Positions 7,855 through 17,339 of a stretch of DNA of 64,000 bases are shown here, in pieces. Both the position numbers and the translations under genes were made by a program. The number at the start of each line of letters is the position of its first letter. Within the stretch, counting starts at the first letter, position 1. The DNA lies in assembly GCA_963662465.1 (NCBI GenBank), contig OY759599.1:7488001-7552000 (forward strand), in the 5' to 3' direction. The notes below the pieces were generated by a model. The model was not told the DNA's origin and made no database searches. It was given only the letters and a program-made list of their open reading frames with translations. Source of the DNA: Desulfatiglandales bacterium. Lineage in GTDB: Bacteria > Desulfobacterota > DSM-4660 > Desulfatiglandales > Desulfatiglandaceae.

Positions 7855-10442
7855 CACAACCCCCCTTGATCCTTTCCGCATGGGTCCCCATGCTTGTCGA
7901 TATTCACATCCACGGCATGGATGCCGGGGTCATATGAATGTCCGTCTTCATGCCGGGATACAAAGCCCGCCAAAACACTGTATAGTTCTTCGAATACGCC
8001 GTCAATCACTTCTCCGGGCACCCCGTAATAGAGGAAATTGATGGGCATGGAATCCCCCAGCAGGTATAAATCTTTGTGGGGAAAAGGGAAATCCGGGGGG
8101 GTCCCGGGTTTTTTTTCAAAAACAAACTGCACGTGATGACCCTGCAGGATCTGGTTTTGAGGGTCTTTGATGGGGTGTTTTTCGATGCGAACATTATGCC
8201 CGCCAATGTTTGGCCGGTCCGCGGTGGACAGTATTTCGATCCAGGCGGTCAGGCTTTCAAACTCCACGGTCTTGGTGGAGCCGCTTGCAAAAAACAGCTC
8301 TTTGGCCGATCCCTCCAGAATCAATTTTTCGAAAAAATCTTTGTTCAAAACCGAAACCCCGGTGACCCCCAGAAAGAGATCCAGTGGTTCCCAGTCTTCC
8401 TTAACCAGGTTGTCAATATGGGAGAATTCCTTTATGCCCGTTTCTTTTTTGTCAACATTTCTGATGTCAAGGCCCGATGCGGTTCCATGGGACACCCGCC
8501 CGGCCATGGCTTTCATCAAAAATCGGCCGATGTTGCCCCGGCTTCCCAGCACCAGGGCATGCCGGTGCATCATGCATTTTCCGAGACCGTTGAAGATGGC
8601 TTCCACGGCGGCAAGGATCGAATAGGCGCAGGCCTCGGCTTCGACAACGTTCTTATACCGGGACGTGGCGATGGTAAAGGCGGGAAACGCAAGCCCTCCG
8701 CACGCCTTTTCCACCGCCTGTAAATGATAATAACCGTTGGCCGTATGCTCAAATGTGGCGGGAACAAGCTTCTTGAGCCACTCCTTCAGCAAAATATCGG
8801 TTTGCATTTCAAATGGAATTTCCACGTTGAATCGTTCCAGGGCATGGGCCAGGGTTTTTTGTTCATGACACCATTGGTTCAGGATCGGCGCCAGATACCC
8901 CCCATCCTCGATCAGGAGCAGTTTTCGACCTTCCTTTTCGGCTGCAAAGGCCTCTTTGAAAAAGAGATGTCCGGCGCTTAAGCGCATGGAACTCAGGTAG
9001 TTGCCTCGCAGGGATCTTAATGCCCGGTCCAGGTGCGCCAGGCTTTTCAAGGGGGAATACTGGCGGGAGAGGATGTACGCGCCGTCCACAGAATCCCGCA
9101 GTTCAATGCGCTGGAGGGCATAAAAGCGGAAACGCCGGTCGGGCATGCTCAGCATGTCCTCCAGATGAAATCCGGGTACAATTCCCTGGTAGCGGATAAA
9201 AAGGGTGGTGAGAAATCCGCAATGGGACGCGTCCAGGGCCTTGACAAACCCCAACACTTCCGATGTGGCGTGATGAATCAGGAGAACCCGATAATTTTTG
9301 AGGATCCCCTGGGGCGCTTTCTGCTGGGTCTGTAGAAGATTCGGCATCCGTCTCAGGTGGGCCTGCATGTCCGGCTGCTTTCGCCGCTCACCAATGCTGA
9401 TGTTGAGCATGGCCCCTTTTCTGGACAGGTCCATGTAAACCCGGTCCCCTTTGTCAACCATCTCCAGGGTATTTCCCAAAACCAGGGTTTTGACGAGTCC
9501 TTCATCTTCCAGCAGCAACAGTATTTTGCTGATTTGCAGAACGAAAACAAAATTCGGGTCCAGGAGCAGCTTTTCCGATATTGCCTGTGTCCATCTGAAC
9601 ACGGCGCCGGTGATGTTTCTTAGCCCTGATGCGATCAGCAGTTCAAAAAGGGCCGCCTGCCGCCCCGGAATCTCAATATATTCGTTATGCTGGTTCTGGC
9701 ATTCCCGGTGAATGCCGGTGAAAATCTGCTCCGCCATGATGGCGATGTCCTGGCGGTAATGGCTGCGTCCGATTTCGTTGACCACCCGGTGGGGTATCCT
9801 TTTCAGAAACAGGCGCGATTGATTCCCGTCTTCGATGGTGAGGCGAAGGAAGCGTCCTTCACGGTCATACTCCAGCAGAATAAAATAGCCGTGCGCCCCT
9901 TCACAGGTGGTGTGAAAGGGAAAGAGCATGGCGGGATGCTCATGTTCATCCGGCCCGCTGTTTTCATCCTTTTCCGTTTCAAAAGCGCCTGGGAAGAGCA
10001 GTCCGCCCCATCGGGGCGTTTGAACCGCGTCAAACACGAGGCGCAGGTGACGGATAAAGTCTTCCGGGTTTTCCAACAGATTGCGCGCCACCGGACCCCG
10101 GGCATAGACCACCACATGGGTGACGCCCAAGGCCGCCAGTTCAGGGGTATTTTCGGAATCCACCATGACCCGTGTCAGGATGTCCACCTGCGAATGACGG
10201 CATTCCTCCATCACCTGTTTGGCCAGGGAGCTGACAAAACCGGGAATTCCCGAAAAGACCCGCATGTTTGTCATGTCAATGAGGAAGCTGCCGTCTTCCT
10301 GTTCCATGAGGGGGATTCCGAAGGAGGTCAGTTGCGCGCCATGGGGCACAGGTATATCCGGCTTCTCTTTTTTAAAGCGAGGCGCATGCATGAGATTGCT
10401 GAGGATCGAGCCGATCTGTTTTTTAGGCGCCCTGTCTTCCAA
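7854..10442 (-). CDS. 862-aa protein: unknown N-terminal region plus divergent S-adenosylhomocysteine-hydrolase-like NAD-binding C-terminal region
   Basis: Long ORF with RBS; motifs IHHAT, EDGGY, EHTANG, KNVVE, GSRGNIG, VTG, LLGDSMPINF occur in SAHH order. Confidence 0.7.
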   Translation of the reverse strand: MEDRAPKKQIGSILSNLMHAPRFKKEKPDIPVPHGAQLTSFGIPLMEQEDGSFLIDMTNMRVFSGIPGFVSSLAKQVMEECRHSQVDILTRVMVDSENTPELAALGVTHVVVYARGPVARNLLENPEDFIRHLRLVFDAVQTPRWGGLLFPGAFETEKDENSGPDEHEHPAMLFPFHTTCEGAHGYFILLEYDREGRFLRLTIEDGNQSRLFLKRIPHRVVNEIGRSHYRQDIAIMAEQIFTGIHRECQNQHNEYIEIPGRQAALFELLIASGLRNITGAVFRWTQAISEKLLLDPNFVFVLQISKILLLLEDEGLVKTLVLGNTLEMVDKGDRVYMDLSRKGAMLNISIGERRKQPDMQAHLRRMPNLLQTQQKAPQGILKNYRVLLIHHATSEVLGFVKALDASHCGFLTTLFIRYQGIVPGFHLEDMLSMPDRRFRFYALQRIELRDSVDGAYILSRQYSPLKSLAHLDRALRSLRGNYLSSMRLSAGHLFFKEAFAAEKEGRKLLLIEDGGYLAPILNQWCHEQKTLAHALERFNVEIPFEMQTDILLKEWLKKLVPATFEHTANGYYHLQAVEKACGGLAFPAFTIATSRYKNVVEAEACAYSILAAVEAIFNGLGKCMMHRHALVLGSRGNIGRFLMKAMAGRVSHGTASGLDIRNVDKKETGIKEFSHIDNLVKEDWEPLDLFLGVTGVSVLNKDFFEKLILEGSAKELFFASGSTKTVEFESLTAWIEILSTADRPNIGGHNVRIEKHPIKDPQNQILQGHHVQFVFEKKPGTPPDFPFPHKDLYLLGDSMPINFLYYGVPGEVIDGVFEELYSVLAGFVSRHEDGHSYDPGIHAVDVNIDKHGDPCGKDQGGL

Positions 10443-10465
10443 TATTTTTGTCTCCCCCTATTTTA

Positions 10466-11509
10466 TCACGTTTGATGATCATCGTCGCCGGTTCGAAGTC
10501 GCAGGTCCCCGGCTTTTTTCTTGAGGGTTTTAAAATAATCCGAACCGGTGATTTTTTTTAAATCCGCATCCTGTTTGGTTCGATCGATTTTGACCCTTAA
10601 TGTTTTGACCTGGCGTTGCAGATCCTGTTCTCGTTTTTGAACGGCCTTGACCATATTGGAAAATACCCCTGCCAGGGTTCCCAGTTCATCGGGGCGGCTG
10701 CTGATGGCATGCAATTGGTTCACATGGGAATAATCACCGTCAGCCACCCGGCGGGCTTCATCCGTCAGGTTTATGATGGGGGCGGTAATTTTTTTTGAGG
10801 AGACCGCGCATACGGCAAGACCGATAATCAGAACCACCAGGGTAAGGGTCCCGACGGTATAAAGTTCCTCCACCCGGATCTTCTCCCGCATGGTGATCAT
10901 GATGCTGCAGATCCAGGTGGCCAGGACCGTTAGGATCAGCAGGTAATAGACGGCCAGGAGGGTGCGCATTTCAATGCGGGAAACCAGCAGATGAACGGCC
11001 TGCATGATGGGCGGCACCAGAATGAAGGCCCACAAGGTATCCGTGATGAAGATGGGCAGAAAAAAACCGAACAGGGCCTGGTGGAAAGGAATCCGGCCCA
11101 GCCACCACTCCACGCCCGTTGAAAAGGCGAAGGGCAGGCTGGACGCCAGCAACAGCAGAATCAGCAATTTACTGAAGGCGGCAATGGAAAGCACCGGCTT
11201 GATGCCCAACAACCCCGCAAGACCCGGAATAAACCCCATGAGTCCGTTGGCGAAGCTCCAATGAATCGCAAATAAAGGTCCCTTGCCCGCAATGGCGTAT
11301 CCGAGCATGTCGCCTAAGCTCCCACAGAAAAACCCCGCCGCCGGGCCGTACCATATCCCCATGAACATGGGCAGAACCACCTGGGGGCGCAACTCGGCAA
11401 AGTTGCATCCCGGTAGATAATATTTCCCTGACAAGAAATTGGCGAACCCGTAAACGCACCCAAAGGCGAGGCATATGCTGGAGATTTTGAGGGCGTTTCG
11501 TGAGGTCAT
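10466..11509 (-). CDS. Membrane protein: ECF S-component-like domain, HAMP domain and coiled-coil tail
   Basis: LRPQVVLPMFMGIWYGPAAGFFCGSLGD and NGLMGFIPGL (S-component-like); ITAPIINL...RPDELGTLAGVFSNM (HAMP). Confidence 0.75.
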   Translation of the reverse strand: MTSRNALKISSICLAFGCVYGFANFLSGKYYLPGCNFAELRPQVVLPMFMGIWYGPAAGFFCGSLGDMLGYAIAGKGPLFAIHWSFANGLMGFIPGLAGLLGIKPVLSIAAFSKLLILLLLASSLPFAFSTGVEWWLGRIPFHQALFGFFLPIFITDTLWAFILVPPIMQAVHLLVSRIEMRTLLAVYYLLILTVLATWICSIMITMREKIRVEELYTVGTLTLVVLIIGLAVCAVSSKKITAPIINLTDEARRVADGDYSHVNQLHAISSRPDELGTLAGVFSNMVKAVQKREQDLQRQVKTLRVKIDRTKQDADLKKITGSDYFKTLKKKAGDLRLRTGDDDHQT

Positions 11510-11524
11510 GGGTCTTTCACAACC

Positions 11525-12340
11525 TTATTGGTTCAACGCCCTTGCCACCCTTTTCAGATCGGCGACAATGGGATGGTCGGGAAAGCGAACCGCGAAAATA
11601 TCATGACTGGCCAGGCCCATCATTTCATCGGAATGGGGGATGACGGCCGCCACGGGGCAATGATAGGTGCGGGACACCGTCTCGCGGATCTGTTCAAAAT
11701 CGAACGTTAAAGGCGCCTTATTGATGAGGATCATCATTTGGGGCACCTCCAGTTCCCTGGCCACTTCCACTGTCAATCCGGTTCCCTGGTAGTCCTGATA
11801 ATCGGGGCGCATGACCACCAGCAGGGCGTTTGAAATGGCGATGGAAAGCAGGGTCTCCTCGTTTAAGCCGGGATGGGTATCGATCACCAGGACATCCAGG
11901 TTCAAGGCTTTGATCAGGTCCCTGAAGCCGTCGCTGAGCAGGTTGATATCGTAACCGTCATGCAGGACCCTGGCGATATCGGCGGCATTGACGCTGGAGG
12001 GGATCAGGTACACGGCGCCGGTGCATTCCGGTCCCATAACGTCGGTGACGTCGCATGCGGTCTGCTCGATAGGGCATTTCCCCCACAGGTAATCATTCAA
12101 GGAATAAACCGCATCGTCTTCGTCCAACCCGAAAATCACGTGGATCCCCGGGGACTGGATGTCCGTGTCCACCACCCCCACCCGGAGTCCCTCCATGGCG
12201 TAGAGGGCCGCCAGGTTGGCGGATGTATTGGATTTTCCGGTTCCCCCCCTGAAGGAGTGAACCGATATTATTTTGGCCATTGATGATGTTTCCGCCGTTG
12301 TTTGCATTTCCGTTTGTCGGGATATGACGCCATTGTTCAT
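11525..12340 (-). CDS. MinD/ParA-family ATPase (real start may be 12280)
   Basis: Deviant Walker A SFRGGTGKS, VDTDIQSPG, IDTHPGL, INK. Confidence 0.88.
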   Translation of the reverse strand: MNNGVISRQTEMQTTAETSSMAKIISVHSFRGGTGKSNTSANLAALYAMEGLRVGVVDTDIQSPGIHVIFGLDEDDAVYSLNDYLWGKCPIEQTACDVTDVMGPECTGAVYLIPSSVNAADIARVLHDGYDINLLSDGFRDLIKALNLDVLVIDTHPGLNEETLLSIAISNALLVVMRPDYQDYQGTGLTVEVARELEVPQMMILINKAPLTFDFEQIRETVSRTYHCPVAAVIPHSDEMMGLASHDIFAVRFPDHPIVADLKRVARALNQ

Positions 12341-12366
12341 GTGAACCCGTTGTTTTCAAGCTGGAA

Positions 12367-12395
12367 AGTATAGGTCAGGGGATGTTTTGAGTCAA
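12367..12395 (-). promoter_or_regulatory. sigma70-type promoter of the MinD operon
   Basis: Minus strand TTGACT-N17-TATACT. Confidence 0.65.
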
Positions 12396-12766
12396 TAGCA
12401 ACCGACGGCATGCAGCAATTCTAAATTTGAACGGGGTCTAAACATTTCACGGGAATCCGTGCAATGAGCGCTATCAGATACCCTCTGTTATACCCTTGAA
12501 AAGCCTTGACATCTCCTTCTATTTATAATTAAAAACAGTTGACCCTTGCTAAAAGTGGCAAGGAAATCCCGCCGTTCTTTTGTATCGAATCGTAAATGAA
12601 TGAAAAATCCGTGACCGATGAGGCCATGGTCTCTATTTTAGGTGATTATGCCTTTTAACCGGCACTGCTCATTATTGGCGTTACGCGCCGCTTATCTTAG
12701 TTATTATTTTATGGAATGTGGAGTGGAAAGACTTCGAATGTGAAATACTGAGAAGGAAAAAAGACA

Positions 12767-13318
12767 ATGGGGATACCTCAAAGGAAATTATTTACGAAAG
12801 ATGAATATCTGTTGTTGGAAGAAAGAGCAGAAACAAAGCACGAGTTAGTTAGTGGTGAAATATATGCAATGGCTGGGGCTAAAGAAAACCATGTGAAAAT
12901 AACAGGTAATATATTTAGAAATATTGCAAATCATTTACTTGAATCCCCATGTGATGTTTATTCAAGTGATATGAAATTATCAGCAGGGTTTGATTGTTAT
13001 TATCCTGATGTTTTTGTAAAATGCGACCCAGAGGATAATGACGAGTTAGTTAAAGAAAAACCAATACTTATTCTTGAAGTTTTATCAGATTCAACTAAAA
13101 ATTTTGACAGAGGAAATAAACTACAAAATTACCTTAAAATTCCAACTTTGCAAGAATATGTTTTGGTTAGCCAGCAAGAAGTTGAAGTATGGATATACAG
13201 GCGAACAGGAAAAAAATGGGAGATGGAAATTTTGAACGATAATGATGAACTTCATTTTATTTCTATCGATTTGAAAATTCCAGTTAGAGATTTATACGCA
13301 AAAATTTTATTGACTTAA
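12767..13318 (+). CDS. Uma2 (DUF820) family PD-(D/E)XK endonuclease-like protein
   Basis: HELVSGEIYAMAGA..H, YYPDVFV, EVLSDST, YLKIPTLQEYVLVSQ; AT-rich. Confidence 0.9.
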   Translation: MGIPQRKLFTKDEYLLLEERAETKHELVSGEIYAMAGAKENHVKITGNIFRNIANHLLESPCDVYSSDMKLSAGFDCYYPDVFVKCDPEDNDELVKEKPILILEVLSDSTKNFDRGNKLQNYLKIPTLQEYVLVSQQEVEVWIYRRTGKKWEMEILNDNDELHFISIDLKIPVRDLYAKILLT

Positions 13319-13349
13319 AAAAATTAAGAATGCTGCTGCCGATAATCAC

Positions 13350-13808
13350 TCACGAGGAACAAAAGCGGATACTGAATCTCATTCCGAAAGAATATGAGCC
13401 GGGAGCTTCGGAGGAACTGACAAAAATCATCGGCGAATCTCATATGAATACTGAGTCTCCCGAATTGTGAGAAACAATTTCCACCTAGTCCCTTGTGGGG
13501 GGACTGCTGGGTGTGACGCCCACAATGATGTTCTGTTTGCCTCTGTTTCACGAGAGAAGTTTGAGGTAATTGGGATTTTCAATCATAATGTCTTTGAAAG
13601 CAACGACTCAGGTTCTATGGCCGCAGAACGTTCACAGCTTTGGGCTATTTACGAAGAACGTGAACAAAGAGGTACTCTTCTAGGGCAACTATTTTTGGGT
13701 GGCATGGGAGGGCTTGGTATAACGATGTCCGGACATTCAGTATCTGTCGTTCGTGCTGCTCAAAGATATTATCAACTGGAATATACTCGTGAATATTTGC
13801 GGGACTGA
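13350..13808 (+). pseudogene. Degraded hypothetical gene
   Basis: Protein-like segments (NDVLFASV..FEVIGIFNH) in broken frames; no clear start. Confidence 0.35.
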
Positions 13809-13993
13809 GCTCATCTCGCGGCTTTTTAAGAAATTATGAGTGGGCATGTATTGCTAAGCTTTTATTAGGTTTCGCACTAAAAAGCCGGTGAGTATTGTGC
13901 TGGGTGGACGTTGTGCAGGCACGAGAAAAAGGATTGGGATTCTGATATCAATGAATCGACCAATTATCAACCGATGATAGAGGTAATCGACCG

Positions 13994-15103
13994 ATGATTA
14001 ACGAAATCTATATCGACAATTTTCGATGTTTGACAAATTTTCGGATCAAGCCGGGGGACTTTCAACTCTGGCTCGGGGACAATGGTTCAGGCAAAACTTC
14101 AGTGCTGGATGCCTTGCGTTACGTTCAACGGCTGATGCGCGGCGAGCATGTGGAGGATATCTTCAATAGAAACAGCCTGACAATCTGGGATAAAAGGCGA
14201 GATCAGACGATAGGGTTCTCCCTGATGATAGATGACGAAGCGTACAAATACGAATTGACGGTTGAATATGAAAATCAGGAAGATAAACAACGCATTAAGC
14301 GAGAAGAATTAATCTGGAAAGATTCGACCTTTTTCTTGTTCGATGGGCAGGATGCGCATCTCTACCGTATCAATTGGAATACGGGAAAAACAGAAGAGGG
14401 CGCCGTTTTCCCTGCGAATTGGGGTCGTTCGGTGATTCCGACAATTGCACAACGTGACGACAACAAGCCTTTAATCCGGTTCAGGGAAGAACTTGAAAAG
14501 ATTCTGCTGATTCAGCCGGTTCCATTGCTTGTAAAAGACGCCGCTGCATCCGAGTCGCGCAATCTATCGGAACATGCTGAAAATTTTGCCCAGTGGTATC
14601 GCCATCTCTTACAGGAACAACCCTCTATTGGTTATGGGGCAAAACAACTCCTGGAGGACGTTCTCCCGGGTTTCGAACAGTTGAGTCTCAGAGAAATCGG
14701 CGAATCTCGAAAATTGATAGCGACATTCCGCATCGAAGGCAAAGACCGCAACTTCGACTTCATGAATATGTCCGACGGTCAACGTCAATTGATCGTTCTC
14801 TATACAGTTTTGGAAGCGTTGCGCGCTGGAACCTTTTCGACAGTGCTATTTGACGAGCCGGACAATTTCGTTTCAATGCGCGAAATCCAACCCTGGCTTG
14901 AAAACCTTAACGACATCTGCGATGAACCAGACAAACAGGCCCTTATCATATCTCATCATCCTGAAATTGTTAACAAGATGGCAAGAGGCGCGGAGCTGTG
15001 GTTTTCCCGGCAGGCGGGGGCGCATGTTGTCGTAAGGCCTTTCCCCAAAGTAGCCGATTTGCCGCCGGCGGAAGTTATGGCGCGGGGATGGGAAAATGAG
15101 TAA
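13994..15103 (+). CDS. ABC-type AAA_21-like ATPase
   Basis: IDNFRCL, Walker A GDNGSGKT, signature MSDGQRQL, Walker B FDEPDN, ISHHP. Confidence 0.9.
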   Translation: MINEIYIDNFRCLTNFRIKPGDFQLWLGDNGSGKTSVLDALRYVQRLMRGEHVEDIFNRNSLTIWDKRRDQTIGFSLMIDDEAYKYELTVEYENQEDKQRIKREELIWKDSTFFLFDGQDAHLYRINWNTGKTEEGAVFPANWGRSVIPTIAQRDDNKPLIRFREELEKILLIQPVPLLVKDAAASESRNLSEHAENFAQWYRHLLQEQPSIGYGAKQLLEDVLPGFEQLSLREIGESRKLIATFRIEGKDRNFDFMNMSDGQRQLIVLYTVLEALRAGTFSTVLFDEPDNFVSMREIQPWLENLNDICDEPDKQALIISHHPEIVNKMARGAELWFSRQAGAHVVVRPFPKVADLPPAEVMARGWENE

Positions 15104-15647
15104 AGCATCGCAAATTATCGTTTTCTGTGAAGACAAGGCCCACGAGGTGTTCGTAAAACGTTTCCTGAAAAAGGGATGGGGTGTAAAGCCTCGCGCAATC
15201 CGGGTGCCGCCTTATCCAAATGGAAAGAGATCAGGCAAAAAACATGTGTTGGATAACATTTCCCTGGAAGCCGAAGCGCTGCGCGGACGGCACGCCTCGA
15301 CGATCCTGCTGGTGATTCAAGATGCGGACGAACTCTCTGTTGCACAGGTAAAATCCAACTTGGACGCGAAACTTTTGCCTTCCAGAAACAATAATGAGCC
15401 AATAGCCTACATCATACCCAAATGGCATATTGAGACTTGGATAGCCTACCTGGATGGCGAGAATGTTGATGAAGCGGACAAAAACACCTACAAAAACAAC
15501 TATGGCAAAATCTCTGAGCTAAAGGATGCCCATCCCTTTATCGACAGACTTGCAGATAATTGCAGAGAGAATATACAACTCGAATTGCCCCCGAATTCAC
15601 TGGTCGCGGCCTGTGAAGAATTCAATCGAATACGCAGTGCATTATAG
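15096..15647 (+). CDS. Putative TOPRIM-like (DUF4276/RloB-type) partner of the ATPase
   Basis: N-terminal VFCED, central QDAD, IETW; overlaps the ATPase stop. Confidence 0.6.
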   Translation: MSKASQIIVFCEDKAHEVFVKRFLKKGWGVKPRAIRVPPYPNGKRSGKKHVLDNISLEAEALRGRHASTILLVIQDADELSVAQVKSNLDAKLLPSRNNNEPIAYIIPKWHIETWIAYLDGENVDEADKNTYKNNYGKISELKDAHPFIDRLADNCRENIQLELPPNSLVAACEEFNRIRSAL

Positions 15648-15718
15648 GGGGAAACCTACCATGCCCAGATTGACGCCCATTCTGACTATCAGGACCAGAT
15701 GCGGTTTTGGAATAATCC

Positions 15719-15781
15719 TGCCAACCAAGCATTCAACCGGATTTTCAAAATTTTGAAAACCGGTTAATTTGGTCGTTGGGC
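15719..15781 (+). mobile_element. Integron attC recombination site
   Basis: R'' TGCCAAC, L'' TTCAAC, central palindrome CCGG-ATTTTCAAAATTTTGAAAA-CCGG, L' GTTAA, R' GTTGGGC. Confidence 0.75.
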
Positions 15782-15803
15782 GAGGAAGAGAGCATTATTC
15801 ATC

Positions 15804-16119
15804 ATGGCAAAGCGAAAACGAAAACTTACGTCTGCGGAAAAAACTGAAAAGAAACGACGGCGACAGGAATACATGACCATTTTCATAAATGGGAAGCAGA
15901 AACGAGTCAAACGTCCCCCGACGGTCGGAAGGGCTCCCGATTGACGAGTTCATCCGAAGAAACGCAGATCCCATCTGGCTTCTCCAAAACGAGATGTACG
16001 AAGAACTGCACCACTGGGAACAGCAACATAACCAGCAGGAAGAAGATGACAATCTCCAACCAGAACCTGCACGCGATTTCAAAAAGGTCAGCTGTATTGA
16101 CGACAAATTGCCTTTTTGA
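15804..16119 (+). pseudogene. Small basic hypothetical protein, frameshifted; cassette-like position after attC
   Basis: MAKRKRKL...YMTIFINGKQKRVKRPPTV then +1 shift to EGLPIDEFIRRNADPIWLLQNEM. Confidence 0.65.
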
Positions 16120-16155
16120 AAGGTGTAAGGTATACACTTTGAGCATTTTTGGAGG

Positions 16156-16512
16156 ATGACAATGACAAGTCCGGGAACTAACCCTGTGTATCGAAAACTC
16201 GTCATCGTAGCGTCGTTTCCAACTACGGACATTTGGCTCGGTGATGACGAGGGACACTTTGTGCAAAAAGAGACAGGAACGCTCGAAACAAGTGTTATGG
16301 AAGGCCGATATACAGTCGAGTTTGGCTTAGGCACGCTCACCTATCCAATCCATCTCTCTAAAGATGCACGATACACAGAGGCGCAATTGCGCGAAGGCCC
16401 CACTTGCCCTCGGCCAATTCCAAATATCGAACCGGGAGAAGAGAATGGTCAGGCTTCGGGAAAAAGGGGCAAATTCTATCGTACAGATCTGAAACTGAAC
16501 CTGCCAATTTAG
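16156..16512 (+). CDS. Hypothetical protein
   Basis: GGAGG RBS before ATG; 118-aa ORF. Confidence 0.55.
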   Translation: MTMTSPGTNPVYRKLVIVASFPTTDIWLGDDEGHFVQKETGTLETSVMEGRYTVEFGLGTLTYPIHLSKDARYTEAQLREGPTCPRPIPNIEPGEENGQASGKRGKFYRTDLKLNLPI

Positions 16513-16535
16513 TCGCGAGGTGCGAATGGGCGAAG

Positions 16536-17312
16536 TTAGGACCAAGCCCAAAGAATGGTTTCTTTCTTCGGAAAATTGGTGGGCTGCCATGGCGCATCTC
16601 CATCAAGAGCCTGTTTGATCTGAACAACAAAATCTTGCGCGTATCGATAGCGCTGTCTTCCGTCTGCAAGATGGGCAATATGCCGGCCGGTTTCGATGAT
16701 GGCTGCCATGGGGAGGAAAAGGATATCGGCAAGCCACTGCTGAAGATTACGCGTCACCTGGGGGATCACCTTTTTTGCCTTTGCATTGCCGTCAGCGAAC
16801 CGGGCCGCACTCTCCAGTTGGGTAAAAATGGCCAACTGATCTGAACAGGTCAGCTGAGGCTTCCTGCCGCCTCTGGCAAAATTATTATACGCAACCCTTA
16901 AATCGGTATTTTGATCAGAGGATGCCTGAGCTACTTCGTATAAAGGTGGGGGAGCAGCCGGCCCGGTGATGCTCTCGGTTTCGATGTGGAGTTCCTCTTC
17001 ATTCCGAACGCTCAATTGAACCGTCAGGGTGTTCCAGTCTTTCTCACTGGTTTCACAGCCAAGAATAAACGATTGGCGGCCACAATAACCCAGTTCATTG
17101 ACACGACCGCGCACAATCCTGTCCGAATCCTGAACTTGATACTGGATGGAACTGAGTTTCTGTCCCTGTGCAAGCCACGAAAGGAGGCGTAGCCCTTCAA
17201 TGGCGTTACTCTTCCCGGATGCGTTGGCGCCGATCAGCATGGTCAACGCCGCCAGAGGAAGCTCTCCTTTTCGACAACTTTTGAAATGATCGAAAAATAT
17301 TTTTGATAACAT
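16536..17312 (-). pseudogene. Truncated AAA_21-like ATPase
   Basis: Walker A GANASGKSN present; no ABC signature or Walker B; homology appears to stop near 16712. Confidence 0.7.
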
Positions 17313-17339
17313 CAGGATACCCTCCTTTTCTTGAATGGA

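Noticed and set aside
12506..12529. TTGACA...TATAAT consensus promoter
   Set aside because: The spacer is only 12 nt
6265..17312. Intact prophage or integrative element at tRNA-Val
   Set aside because: No integrase, phage structural genes, conjugation genes or attR duplication found
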